Positions 18,997 to 28,406 of a DNA stretch of 50,367 nucleotides are shown here, piece after piece. The DNA lies in IMG/VR virus record IMGVR_UViG_3300005100_000006, positions 1-50,367 of that record; one strand, 5' to 3'. The notes under the pieces were generated by a model. The model was given only the letters and a program-made list of their open reading frames with translations, ran no database searches and was not told the origin of the DNA. The first letter of the stretch is position 1. Each line of letters begins with the position of its first letter. Made by a program: the position numbers and the translations under genes. The DNA comes from a virus. Its lineage: Duplodnaviria; Caudoviricetes.

Positions 18997-19428
18997 ATGC
19001 CAAAACAAACACCGACACAAGAAGGCGACGTTTTACTTTTCCAGACGCTAGACGATGGCGACCTGTCTATCACCGAAGGCATTGTGGAAATGACCGGCGG
19101 ACTAGAGACAGCGGTTTATCTTTCGCTATTCTCGCCAGAGGACTGGTTTTGCAATGAAGCGGCACAAACGCCAGAGCATCGACTCACATCAAGAACCAAC
19201 GACTTTATAAACAATAAGCCGCAATCCTCGAAAAACTATCAGCTATTAGTGCAAGCGGTCGAAGCCGATCTGAAATGGCTAACCAAAGACAAGCTGGCCA
19301 AATCGGTTAGCGCGTCCGTTTCTTCCGACGGCTTAAATCGTGTTATGATTGGGGTAGTAATTGAGCAGGATTCCAGCTCAACTAATCTTAATATACCAGT
19401 TGAGTGGGGAACCCGAGCAAATGGCTAG
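18997..19428 (+). CDS. Baseplate wedge protein (Mu gp46-like)
   Basis: GLETAVYLSLF and DLKWL motifs. Confidence 0.8.
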   Translation: MPKQTPTQEGDVLLFQTLDDGDLSITEGIVEMTGGLETAVYLSLFSPEDWFCNEAAQTPEHRLTSRTNDFINNKPQSSKNYQLLVQAVEADLKWLTKDKLAKSVSASVSSDGLNRVMIGVVIEQDSSSTNLNIPVEWGTRANG

Positions 19429-20614
19429 AACAATCAAAGAGATCTCAAACTCAATCATTTCTCAGCTTGAGTCTACGCTAAACCAAAAAATACCACTGCT
19501 TAAAAAGTCCTTTATGCGAGCGCACAGCCAAGCAACGGCAAGCGTGTTTGTGATGCTTGAGCATTACGCCGTATTTATGAATAAACAGTGGTTTGTTTCT
19601 GTGTGTTCAGATCAAGACATCAAGGTTTTAGGCGTAACAGTTAACCCGCTTGGCTTTTGGGGCGACCTGATTGGTGTATCACCACAAAAGCAAGGGCAAC
19701 GCGCAGAGCACACCGTTAGCGTGACCGTTGAGCAACTAGGCGGCACGTTGAACGCTGGTACGCAGTTGCAGTCTTCCCAAAACGGCTTTACTTACATCAC
19801 CACGCAAGCGTATTTGCTCGATACCAACCCGATCACAATTAGCGTAAAAGCGGCAGACGATCCAACCTTTAACAATGGTATAGGCGCAACCGGTAACCTA
19901 GCCAATGGCGCCGAGTTGTCTTTTGTTAACCCGCTTGCGCAAGTTGGCAAAATCGCCACCGTAACCAGTCAATTGGTAACAGGTGCCGATCCAGAAACAA
20001 GCCAAAGCTATCGAAAGCGAGTGCAAAAAGCTTTTCGTAGACGCAAGCAAGGCGGGGCTATGGTTGACTATCAATCATGGGGCGAAGAGGTGCCAGGCAT
20101 ATCGAACGTTTACCCTTACACTGGCGCACCCATGGAAGTGGATAATTTTGTTGAAGCCACGCCAGAAAGCAGCGGAAGCGCTGACGGTATCCCAACGCCT
20201 ACGCAGCTAGAGCAGGTAAAGCAGTCTATCGAATACGACAGCAACGGCAAAGCGTCACGCCGTCCGGTTGGCGTGTTTGTGAATGTTTACCCAATCAGGC
20301 GCACCGGATTTAATGTGTTTGTTTCTGGCCTTATAGCAAGCAATGAGGCGCAAGTTAAAACCCAAATAGAAAACGGGGTGCGTGATTTCTTCCTTGATGC
20401 TGAGCCGTTTATTACTGGCTTATCGGTACCACCGCGCAAAGACTCAATTTCTAAGATAGCGGTTGAAGGTGTGATCAATGATATTGTTCGAGCCAATAAC
20501 GCCAGCTTTTTGGGCGCGTCTATCTTCAAGTATGCGGACAATTCGCCCGTAGAGCTCGCTTATCAGCTTGAAAAAGGCGAGAAAGCCAAAGCGGTGACGG
20601 TGGAGTTTGTTTAG
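19421..20614 (+). CDS. Baseplate J-like protein (Mu gp47)
   Basis: GADPET..YRKRV....QGGA..DY..W..EVPG motif. Confidence 0.9.
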   Translation: MARTIKEISNSIISQLESTLNQKIPLLKKSFMRAHSQATASVFVMLEHYAVFMNKQWFVSVCSDQDIKVLGVTVNPLGFWGDLIGVSPQKQGQRAEHTVSVTVEQLGGTLNAGTQLQSSQNGFTYITTQAYLLDTNPITISVKAADDPTFNNGIGATGNLANGAELSFVNPLAQVGKIATVTSQLVTGADPETSQSYRKRVQKAFRRRKQGGAMVDYQSWGEEVPGISNVYPYTGAPMEVDNFVEATPESSGSADGIPTPTQLEQVKQSIEYDSNGKASRRPVGVFVNVYPIRRTGFNVFVSGLIASNEAQVKTQIENGVRDFFLDAEPFITGLSVPPRKDSISKIAVEGVINDIVRANNASFLGASIFKYADNSPVELAYQLEKGEKAKAVTVEFV

Positions 20615-20615
20615 T

Positions 20616-21389
20616 ATGAGCATAATCAAACTATGGAAAACATCCTTACCACAAAGCCGCGCGTTTAGTCTTATCGTAACCAAGACCATGCGCCGATTTT
20701 ATGAGGGCTTGACCTACCCGCAGTATTATCGCGACTTGTTCGATAAGACCTATAAAGAATTAGATCCACAAGCCACAACTCAGCTCGAGCGCTGGGAAAG
20801 TCAATTTTATCTACCTTCCAGCGGATTAACCGAGCAGCAAAGACGGGATCGACTCGAGACCACTTGGAAAATGACAGGCGGGCAAAGCCCCGCATACTTG
20901 CAAAACATCCTTCGAGGTTATGGGTTTGATGTTTATGTTTATGATTGGTGGATGCCAGAAGCTCAAGTGATAAAGCTTACTATGGGTAACGACAATGCAT
21001 TCATGGGCGGTGATGGCGCTTTCATGGGTGCAAGCTCGAGCGCTTTTCCTGTCCCTTGGAATCCCAACGATTTGCTAGTCGATCCGTACTATCCACTCGT
21101 TAACCGGACAGCAACGACCAACTATAGATCTGTTACAATGGGAAGTGATGGCGGCTTCATGGGCGGCGATGTTGCTTATATGGGCGCGCTAGATAAAGTG
21201 GAAAGCGGCGACTATTACCCAATCCCAAGCGATCCAGTTAAATGGCGTGGCTTTGTGTATGTGGCGGGCGAGACAATGCCAAACGCCGCAAGTGTACCGC
21301 TAGAGCGAAAGGCAGAATTTGAAGAGCTAATTTTGTCGATATTCCCAGCCGATAAATGGGTGGGCGTTATAGTTGATTTTACAGAATAG
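20616..21389 (+). CDS. Baseplate wedge protein (Mu gp48-like)
   Basis: LP..RAF, LERWE, RRDRL and GGQS..YL motifs. Confidence 0.75.
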   Translation: MSIIKLWKTSLPQSRAFSLIVTKTMRRFYEGLTYPQYYRDLFDKTYKELDPQATTQLERWESQFYLPSSGLTEQQRRDRLETTWKMTGGQSPAYLQNILRGYGFDVYVYDWWMPEAQVIKLTMGNDNAFMGGDGAFMGASSSAFPVPWNPNDLLVDPYYPLVNRTATTNYRSVTMGSDGGFMGGDVAYMGALDKVESGDYYPIPSDPVKWRGFVYVAGETMPNAASVPLERKAEFEELILSIFPADKWVGVIVDFTE

Positions 21390-21401
21390 GGAGCCAGAAA
21401 C

Positions 21402-21695
21402 ATGGCGGACGCAATACAAATAACCGTTCCAGATGATGATTTTATAGAGCTAACCGGCGCAGGCTCAAGCGGTTCGTTCTTGCACCAAGGCGGCAAGGAT
21501 AATCGATCGTCTACTATCGTAATTGTTGAGGCTGAAAACAAACCAAGCTTTGACAAAGACGATCCGAACCGATTCAAAAGCAATCCAGCAACGCTTTATT
21601 TGGAAAGCGGCGGCGTTGAGCCTTACAACAATTCAACCAAGTTTTTTGCTGTGTCACAAAGCGGCGATCAGCTTTTATCAGTCACACCGGCTTAG
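21402..21695 (+). CDS. Hypothetical virion-associated protein
   Basis: GGAG SD; in the structural operon. Confidence 0.6.
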   Translation: MADAIQITVPDDDFIELTGAGSSGSFLHQGGKDNRSSTIVIVEAENKPSFDKDDPNRFKSNPATLYLESGGVEPYNNSTKFFAVSQSGDQLLSVTPA

Positions 21696-21704
21696 GGGGT
21701 TTGT

Positions 21705-23288
21705 ATGCCAATCGGTAGCGGAGGGGGCGGAGGCTTTAAGCTTGGCCCGACACAAAACATTTTTGATGCCGGAACGGGTGGGCTGTCGGCGGCGGAAGCC
21801 TTGCGCGATAGCTATGCAAGCTCAAATCCTTCATGGCTCGCAGAGTATGACGACAATGAAGATTTAAACATTCTTTTGCTGTACACGGACGGCGGACAGC
21901 CTAGCGCTGTTTATAATGTGCGTGGCGGTGGTGACTGGCGCACAAACACTTCAACCAAGGGGCTAAGAGGGCCTAAAGGTGATACTGGTGACGATGGCGA
22001 TCCAACCACGTTAATCGACGATTCAGCATCGTCTACAGTTACAACCTATTCAAGTGACAAGATAGATAAAACATTCCCTAAAATTAACGACAGTGCCGAG
22101 TCAGATAGTGAGGTTTTTTCAAGCGAGAAAACGAAAGAACTAATCGACGCGGCAACGCCAAGCTATAGCGGACAGCCCAACGAGATAATGAAGCTTGACG
22201 CAAACGGGGATCTTGTTCCGTCCGGTGTAATGTCTAATAAAGACGGTTCGATATCTCTTTCGTCCGGCTCTGCTGATATTGGTCCCCACACTCTTTCGTC
22301 TACTGTCGAAGGTGTTGAAGCTACTAATGAAAGCACGGGTGAAAGTTTTAGCTTTGTATTTGCTGGTCAGGGTGATGATTGTGGACCCGTTGATCGTTTG
22401 TTCGGTGATGAGTCACTAATAAAGACAACGGACGATCTTAGCTTACAACTAACTAATCACGCATCAAAGCTAACCGCAACGGCAGATATTCGCATTATCA
22501 AAAAGCCTATTTTGATCAAGCCTGTAGCGCCGCAAACCAACGTTACAATGCAAATCACAGATCTGAACAGCTCTGATCTTTGGACTTATGGTCCGTTTGA
22601 TATTACTGTCGATGCAAATGGCAACTTTGAATTTACCATATCTAGCATCATTGACTTTAAGGTCGGCGAGTATCTTGTGACCTTCCTATCACCGGACGGT
22701 GACGTAACTCTTTACGGTGGATTATCCCCTATTTCTGGCGAGCAAATTGTTTACGGTGAACTGCCGTTTAAGCCTTTCCACGACGAGACGCTTCACAATA
22801 TTAAGTCTCAAGACAAGATAGTGAGAGAAATCGACGTTGACCCAGATAGCGGCCTATCAATTGCGGTGGATGGAAATGGTAAATTAGTTATAGGTAATAT
22901 ACCGTCTGACCCCGAAACGGTGGATATTGCATTTTGGTGGTCTGATAATGCAGAGCCAACAGACGATGATATTTTAAATGCAATGTCTCAAACTCAAACG
23001 CCTAGTGTTATCAGCCATACCGATAATTTCACACGCGAAGACCTGCAAAATCGAACGATGACAGCCAAGCGTGACGAAAGCTCATTTAAGTATGCTTTTT
23101 TTGCTTGGCAATCTGGATTTTTCAGCCCAGAGCCTACAAAAGTTGATACTGGTTTCGGTGGCCCTAGCACGTGGAAGCAAACAGCTATCATTGTTGACGG
23201 TGTAACGTATAACATCCTAACCGTTGAAGTTAAAAACAATAGCACTTCGCTTGAAGATTATGCGCTGATACAGGAGGGCATACGATGA
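21705..23288 (+). CDS. Putative fibre/appendage protein with a short collagen-like stretch
   Basis: GLRGPKGDTGDDGD; duplicated I(D/N)DSA...SS.K motif; acidic, beta-rich. Confidence 0.55.
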   Translation: MPIGSGGGGGFKLGPTQNIFDAGTGGLSAAEALRDSYASSNPSWLAEYDDNEDLNILLLYTDGGQPSAVYNVRGGGDWRTNTSTKGLRGPKGDTGDDGDPTTLIDDSASSTVTTYSSDKIDKTFPKINDSAESDSEVFSSEKTKELIDAATPSYSGQPNEIMKLDANGDLVPSGVMSNKDGSISLSSGSADIGPHTLSSTVEGVEATNESTGESFSFVFAGQGDDCGPVDRLFGDESLIKTTDDLSLQLTNHASKLTATADIRIIKKPILIKPVAPQTNVTMQITDLNSSDLWTYGPFDITVDANGNFEFTISSIIDFKVGEYLVTFLSPDGDVTLYGGLSPISGEQIVYGELPFKPFHDETLHNIKSQDKIVREIDVDPDSGLSIAVDGNGKLVIGNIPSDPETVDIAFWWSDNAEPTDDDILNAMSQTQTPSVISHTDNFTREDLQNRTMTAKRDESSFKYAFFAWQSGFFSPEPTKVDTGFGGPSTWKQTAIIVDGVTYNILTVEVKNNSTSLEDYALIQEGIR

Positions 23289-24730
23289 GCCGTGAAATTA
23301 TTGAAGATGTAACGTTTAGCACGGAAGACCGTCCGATTAAGGGCTATGCAGTCGATCAGACTTGGTATTTTGCAGAAACAAAGCAATCTGTTTTAGATGA
23401 GCAAGCGATTAGCAATGAGCGCGTGGCTGGCATGATTGCCTATGCGAAAGACACTAAGAAGCTAATGTTTTTTAGTGATGATGGTTCAAGCTTCACTGAG
23501 CATGATTTTGATTTGTCTAAATTCGCACTGACAGACGTATATAATACGTTCACCAACGAAAATGATTTTAATGGTGATGTAACGTACAACGGCGCGACGC
23601 ATTGGATGTTTAAAAACGCTGTCACCAGATACGGTGGACCAAGCCAACCTTACGTCGGTTATGTTTACGCTCGCAACGATAACCAGTTCGAGATCGGCAC
23701 TTATAGCGATGTTAATTTTGTCTTTAAATTGAAAGATTCCACCAACACGACATTCGAAGCTATAAGCCAAGATAGATCAGCTGATGTTATCAATTTGGGT
23801 GGTCGGTGGGATTATCTTGGCGAGTCTGAAAAGCCCACTAGCTTGATTAATAGAGGTCAAGTCGAAGAAATTGTGAGCGAATCTTTTGACAACTTGCTAG
23901 AGCCTAAGCCGAGCCTAGGTACTTTCATGAAGCACCCTAATATCAATCCGGAAGGGTATGTAAACTCCTACGCGGGTGTGACTTATGACTCAAATGATCG
24001 ACTCATTGCGCCACGTAATCCGGCAAGCAAAACACTTTTCGAGATTTTTTTCGAGGCTAACAGTACAACAGCATATTGCACAATTGCAGCCGAAACCGTA
24101 GCTGAAATGGTTGGTGAAGATTTAGCAAACAGCCAGGCTGAGCTTGGGATTGTCATTGCTGACACAACAAGAGTTAAGCCTGGTCTTTATAGCTCAACAA
24201 AGCCGACTAATGTCCCATCCGGTTGGGCGTGGAATGGTAAGTTCTTCCCGCTGACAACGTCCGGTGGTCAAGTTAATGACCCTAACGACCCTAGCGAGTG
24301 GCTAGATAATGGCGGTAATTACGTTAATGACGTAAATTCAGCGGGACAAAGCTCGCCAAGCTATCCAACGCTTAACTTTTTTGACTTGTCGAGTAAGAAC
24401 GGGCAAACGTGGCGGTTTGCATTGCGTCGAGGTTACATCAAAAAAGACGGATCTTTCGAGTTTAATGCAAGCTCTAACTACTTTGTTTTTGTCGTCCGTA
24501 TATCAGGTGGTGAAGCAACAGCGACAAAAATGTTCCCCGTTTTTGTTCTAAGCGGTGGGCTTGAGATTTACCCAGACGCAATAAGTGCGTATTTGTCGAA
24601 GCAGTCTATCAGCGGCGCAGAAATACAAGCAGCAATAAACAATCAAGCAACTATCGACCTAATGTGTAAATCACGTTACGGGAATGATTGCGAATACATA
24701 GAAACACTAACAACGGAGGCCGCGCAATGA
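23285..24730 (+). CDS. Putative fibre/appendage protein
   Basis: ATGA coupling; GMIAYAKDTKKL and NTFTNENDF fibre-like motifs. Confidence 0.5.
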   Translation: MSREIIEDVTFSTEDRPIKGYAVDQTWYFAETKQSVLDEQAISNERVAGMIAYAKDTKKLMFFSDDGSSFTEHDFDLSKFALTDVYNTFTNENDFNGDVTYNGATHWMFKNAVTRYGGPSQPYVGYVYARNDNQFEIGTYSDVNFVFKLKDSTNTTFEAISQDRSADVINLGGRWDYLGESEKPTSLINRGQVEEIVSESFDNLLEPKPSLGTFMKHPNINPEGYVNSYAGVTYDSNDRLIAPRNPASKTLFEIFFEANSTTAYCTIAAETVAEMVGEDLANSQAELGIVIADTTRVKPGLYSSTKPTNVPSGWAWNGKFFPLTTSGGQVNDPNDPSEWLDNGGNYVNDVNSAGQSSPSYPTLNFFDLSSKNGQTWRFALRRGYIKKDGSFEFNASSNYFVFVVRISGGEATATKMFPVFVLSGGLEIYPDAISAYLSKQSISGAEIQAAINNQATIDLMCKSRYGNDCEYIETLTTEAAQ

Positions 24731-26403
24731 GCACGCCGATCGCAGTAAAACAAATCAACATCGTAGACGAGAACGGCGCGGAGCTTATGGCTGGCGCAGA
24801 GCAAAAAATTCTCAAGCTTATCAATTTTCAAGGCCGATTCGACACTGACGCAGAGGTCGCAGCAATAGCGAGCCCGCAGGAGGATTATTGGGCTATCAGT
24901 AACGAATCTGGTGTGATGGTATACACGGGCGGACAGTGGGAAGCTAAAGGCGGCGGCGCAAGTGGCCCACAGGACTTTTACGAGTTCACTGATAACAAAA
25001 CCGGTCACTTGGTGCGCTTCGCTATTCGTGATGGACAGCTTATTGTTACGGATACACAAAGCGAAATCGTATCAACGGTTGATCTAGGCTCTACCACACC
25101 GGACAGCTCGCGATTATTCCGCACTGAGCTAAACGGCAACGGGCAATATACAACCGTTAGCCCTGCCACTTTCGGCAACGGTGGCGGCCTTATCACTCAG
25201 GAGTTCATTAACTCAGCTGGTCAGTTCTTTGTTATCGAAGATATCAACGGCGGCGTTTTTGGTGGCGGCGAGCGTCAAACGTTCGCGCTAGTTCGTGAAA
25301 CCATTGTTGACGGCACAGACCTAGACGGCGCGGAGGCGTTATGGGCTGGCTCTAACTATGGCGGCTCATCGTTTGGCCCTACTTGGTACTACACGGGCGG
25401 CTGGCCTTATGTATGGACGACATACACAAGAACCCAACAAAGTCCACAGGGCTTAGGTGAGAGCGCCAGCGGTGCTTTTGCAAGTCAATCGTTCCAACGC
25501 GCGTATTGGGGCGCATGTGTAGCGCTTGGTAAAGGTGTAAAGATTCGTTTGGGTATCTCTAATGGCACGCTGACGCAACAGGACGGCGCGGACTTCACAA
25601 ACCGCCTAGTCTTGCAAATCTACGTACACCAAGAAATTATCGACGATGCGGCGCAGCTTGCACTTATGCCTGGTGCAGTTCAGACACACGGTGCAGGTTG
25701 GTACAACTGCTGGGCGTCAAAAGGTGAGTTCGAAAATATGGGTTCTTTCCCTAATGGCGTAGATAAAGGCTACCGTTTCAAGTGGGCGGGCATTGCTGGC
25801 ACTACGCTAAACCAGTTGCCTTACGTGACGGGTGTTAGTAGTAACGACCAGATTGCAGCGGCAAGCGGTTTGCAATATTACGTTGCATATAACGCAGACG
25901 CAGCGGACGTAAGTGCGGCTAACTCAGTGTTAGGAAATGGCACAACCAGCGCAAATCATCCGATTTACCCGAATGCAACGGTTCACCTACTGCAATTTAA
26001 TCAGCCTCATACGTTTGCAGCGGGTTACCAGTGTGTGCTTGGTCATGAGCAGGCGATGGCGGTTTCTCGTTCTCCGCTATTTGTTACCTATCCGACCACT
26101 ACGCAAGAAGAGATCGAAAACCTAATGACTGAGGTTCAGGGTATTCAGGACCTACGTAAAACGGTGCTTGATGGTATTCGCGCTCGAATCGTTGCCTACT
26201 ACTTAGCAGAAGACCTAAGCGACACGGACGAACAAACCGTACTTGCAACATTTGCCAATGCAAGCGCAGCGGCGGACGGCGGTTATCTTGAACGCTGTCG
26301 CGCAGAGGTTAGTGGAATCACGGCAACGGCTCTAATTCCTCAAGTGTTGCTTGATGAGCTACTCGAAGAGTTAGACTTGGCGATCAAGATGTTTGTTCGT
26401 TAG
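24727..26403 (+). CDS. Putative fibre/receptor-binding structural protein
   Basis: GGAGG SD; YTGGQWE motif; Gly/aromatic-rich core; helical C-terminus. Confidence 0.5.
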   Translation: MSTPIAVKQINIVDENGAELMAGAEQKILKLINFQGRFDTDAEVAAIASPQEDYWAISNESGVMVYTGGQWEAKGGGASGPQDFYEFTDNKTGHLVRFAIRDGQLIVTDTQSEIVSTVDLGSTTPDSSRLFRTELNGNGQYTTVSPATFGNGGGLITQEFINSAGQFFVIEDINGGVFGGGERQTFALVRETIVDGTDLDGAEALWAGSNYGGSSFGPTWYYTGGWPYVWTTYTRTQQSPQGLGESASGAFASQSFQRAYWGACVALGKGVKIRLGISNGTLTQQDGADFTNRLVLQIYVHQEIIDDAAQLALMPGAVQTHGAGWYNCWASKGEFENMGSFPNGVDKGYRFKWAGIAGTTLNQLPYVTGVSSNDQIAAASGLQYYVAYNADAADVSAANSVLGNGTTSANHPIYPNATVHLLQFNQPHTFAAGYQCVLGHEQAMAVSRSPLFVTYPTTTQEEIENLMTEVQGIQDLRKTVLDGIRARIVAYYLAEDLSDTDEQTVLATFANASAAADGGYLERCRAEVSGITATALIPQVLLDELLEELDLAIKMFVR

Positions 26404-26481
26404 CTAATGATTTGGCTAACGTGGTTTTTGATTGGCCTAGTCGCCTGCATCGGTGTTTACCTAGCCAGTAAGCTGAAATAG

Positions 26482-26509
26482 AAAAGCCCGCTTAGTGCGG
26501 GCTTTTTTT
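26482..26509. terminator. Bidirectional intrinsic terminator
   Basis: AAAAGCCCGC-ttagt-GCGGGCTTTT. Confidence 0.9.
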
Positions 26510-26511
26510 AT

Positions 26512-26901
26512 TTATCGCGTGCCATTGTCAATCATGCGCTGAATGTTGATTTCAATAGCTTCACTGGTTGGCGTGTAATCGCCCCACCATTCTCGCGGTA
26601 TGGATGATTCGAACTTATCGCATAAATCGTTAAACAGCTCCAGATTAACGTTATAGCCACGGCGTAACATCTCGCCGCAAAGTTCGACGTATCGGTTGTA
26701 GAGGTATTGGATCTTGTCAAAGAAAAACGTTTCATGACCTTTACCCATGCGGTACGTTGGCGGGATCTTAACGTCGCTAGGTGACTGCCCTTTATTAACT
26801 CGCGCAATGACTTTATTGAAAGGGCGCGTGATTTCTTTCCATTCGCCGCCAAGCTCTTTCTGGGTTAGCTCGTTAACTGGTAATACGTTGATGCGTGTCA
26901 T
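26512..26901 (-). CDS. denV: Pyrimidine dimer DNA glycosylase / endonuclease V
   Basis: MTRIN start (catalytic Thr2), E..E..R, IPPTYRMGKGHETFFFDK, EMLRRGY as in T4 DenV. Confidence 0.93.
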   Translation of the reverse strand: MTRINVLPVNELTQKELGGEWKEITRPFNKVIARVNKGQSPSDVKIPPTYRMGKGHETFFFDKIQYLYNRYVELCGEMLRRGYNVNLELFNDLCDKFESSIPREWWGDYTPTSEAIEINIQRMIDNGTR

Positions 26902-26932
26902 AACTATTTGTCCTGTTTGTTTTGTTGCGGTG

Positions 26933-26961
26933 ATTATCGGCGCGTTTTTGCTCGCTGTCAA
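26933..26961 (-). promoter_or_regulatory. Strong sigma70 promoter for denV
   Basis: TTGACA-17-GATAAT. Confidence 0.75.
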
Positions 26962-26978
26962 TAAATTATAATTTTAAG

Positions 26979-27007
26979 TTGTAATTATTTTTTGTAGCGG
27001 CTAATCT
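26979..27007 (+). promoter_or_regulatory. Divergent sigma70 promoter
   Basis: TTGTAA-17-TAATCT. Confidence 0.5.
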
Positions 27008-27084
27008 TTACTCATCCAAAAAAAACGGGGATAACTATGGGAACGGTAAATCCTTATTCAAAGAAACAACAAACAGGAATCAAA

Positions 27085-27282
27085 ATGGCGATTAACAAAA
27101 CCGCAAAGTACAAAGAGTTTGCAAGAATTGGCGTGCACTTAGAAACCAAAGAAAAGTTTGATAACTTGGTTGATAAGCTGAACCATGAAAACCAAAAAGC
27201 CAACGGCAAAGACGCAGCGAAAATCACTAAAGACGATGTGCTTAACGAGCTGTTAGACGCCTATTTGAGAGTGGGGGTGTAG
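27085..27282 (+). CDS. Small DNA-binding protein (ribbon-helix-helix-like)
   Basis: RIGVHLETKEKFD...TKDDVLNELLDAY pattern; AACAGGAA before ATG. Confidence 0.55.
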   Translation: MAINKTAKYKEFARIGVHLETKEKFDNLVDKLNHENQKANGKDAAKITKDDVLNELLDAYLRVGV

Positions 27283-27283
27283 T

Positions 27284-27529
27284 GTGAGTGCAACTAAAAA
27301 ATTCAAGGGCTGGTATAAAGACCGTTGCGGCCATCCTCTAGGTGTTAATCTGGGAATGAAGGCTGTTAATGAGCTAGAGCAAGAAAACGCAGATCTTAGG
27401 GAGGCCTTGCATAGCAATGAGTTGCTAATCACCTATATAACGGAAAATCTATCAACAAAAGAATTTGAGAAGGTAGAAACTAAAATAGTAGAAGTTTCGC
27501 TTAACAACCTAAAACTACTAAACAAATAA
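27284..27529 (+). CDS. Hypothetical coiled-coil protein
   Basis: GTG start after GGGGG; ORF track. Confidence 0.55.
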   Translation: MSATKKFKGWYKDRCGHPLGVNLGMKAVNELEQENADLREALHSNELLITYITENLSTKEFEKVETKIVEVSLNNLKLLNK

Positions 27530-27615
27530 CACCAACCCCGCCACAAACAAACCAGCCCCGCTTTTGATATACTCAAGCTAGAGCAATCTATCTCATAAAT
27601 TAAACGGGGCTTTGT

Positions 27616-27999
27616 ATGTCGGAAACATTCAAACAGATCGCCGTCGGCGTGGTCACGTCGGCCTTGGTTAGCTTTGCCAGTGCCGCTTTTTACGCAGGCC
27701 AAAAAGACCAACAGATATCAGAAAATAAGACGGAATCACAGGAAAACAAGGCTGAAATTGCAAAAATTATCCCCGTGCTTTCCAAAATACCCGTTTTAGA
27801 AAATCGATTAAACTCGACTGATAAACGATTAGACACTTACGAAAGCCTGGTGATTAGAGGGCAAGAAAAACAGCAAGAAATTGCAAATCAAATACTCGAT
27901 GAAATGCGCGGACTTCGCCAAGATACATCGGCAAACAAAGGGGAGATCGGCGCTATCAAGACCGATATCCAATGGATTAAAGAATCTATAGGTAATTAA
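27616..27999 (+). CDS. N-terminal TM plus coiled-coil protein (possible lysis accessory)
   Basis: IAVGVVTSALVSFASAAFYAG followed by heptads; own extended -10 promoter at 27565. Confidence 0.55.
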   Translation: MSETFKQIAVGVVTSALVSFASAAFYAGQKDQQISENKTESQENKAEIAKIIPVLSKIPVLENRLNSTDKRLDTYESLVIRGQEKQQEIANQILDEMRGLRQDTSANKGEIGAIKTDIQWIKESIGN

Positions 28000-28009
28000 C
28001 AGGACATTT

Positions 28010-28360
28010 ATGAAAACCAACAAAACCAAAATAAAAGCGTTGGCATTGGCGTTAACTGCTTTTGCTGTGTTCGACGTGCAAGCCGCGCCAAATATGCAGC
28101 TTTTGAAAGACTCGATCGCCTGCAAGACCATCACGACGCTTAACTATGCCGAGCGAATGCTAATCAATGAGCCAGTGCTCGAGGTGCAAAAAGCCGAAGT
28201 AAACAATTCGTGCACGCATACCCGAGAGAATAAGCTGGTCACCGCTTTTGATATTGGCGTCACGTCGAAAGTGGAGTTTTTCGCCCTCGGGAAACTTGAT
28301 GTATACTATGTCAATACTCGCGATCTAAAATCGCTTAGCGAAGACCACACCGCGGAATAG
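28010..28360 (+). CDS. Secreted/periplasmic hypothetical protein
   Basis: Sec-type signal (KIKALALALTAFAVFDVQA); two Cys; AACAGGAC upstream. Confidence 0.65.
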   Translation: MKTNKTKIKALALALTAFAVFDVQAAPNMQLLKDSIACKTITTLNYAERMLINEPVLEVQKAEVNNSCTHTRENKLVTAFDIGVTSKVEFFALGKLDVYYVNTRDLKSLSEDHTAE

Positions 28361-28406
28361 TAACGCATAAAGTCGCTGCTATTCCTTGGCCAAACGAGGA
28401 ATAGCA

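Noticed and set aside
26407-26481. 24-aa hydrophobic ORF (MIWLTWFLIGLVACIGVYLASKLK)
   Set aside because: No clear RBS and too short to support; possible but not called
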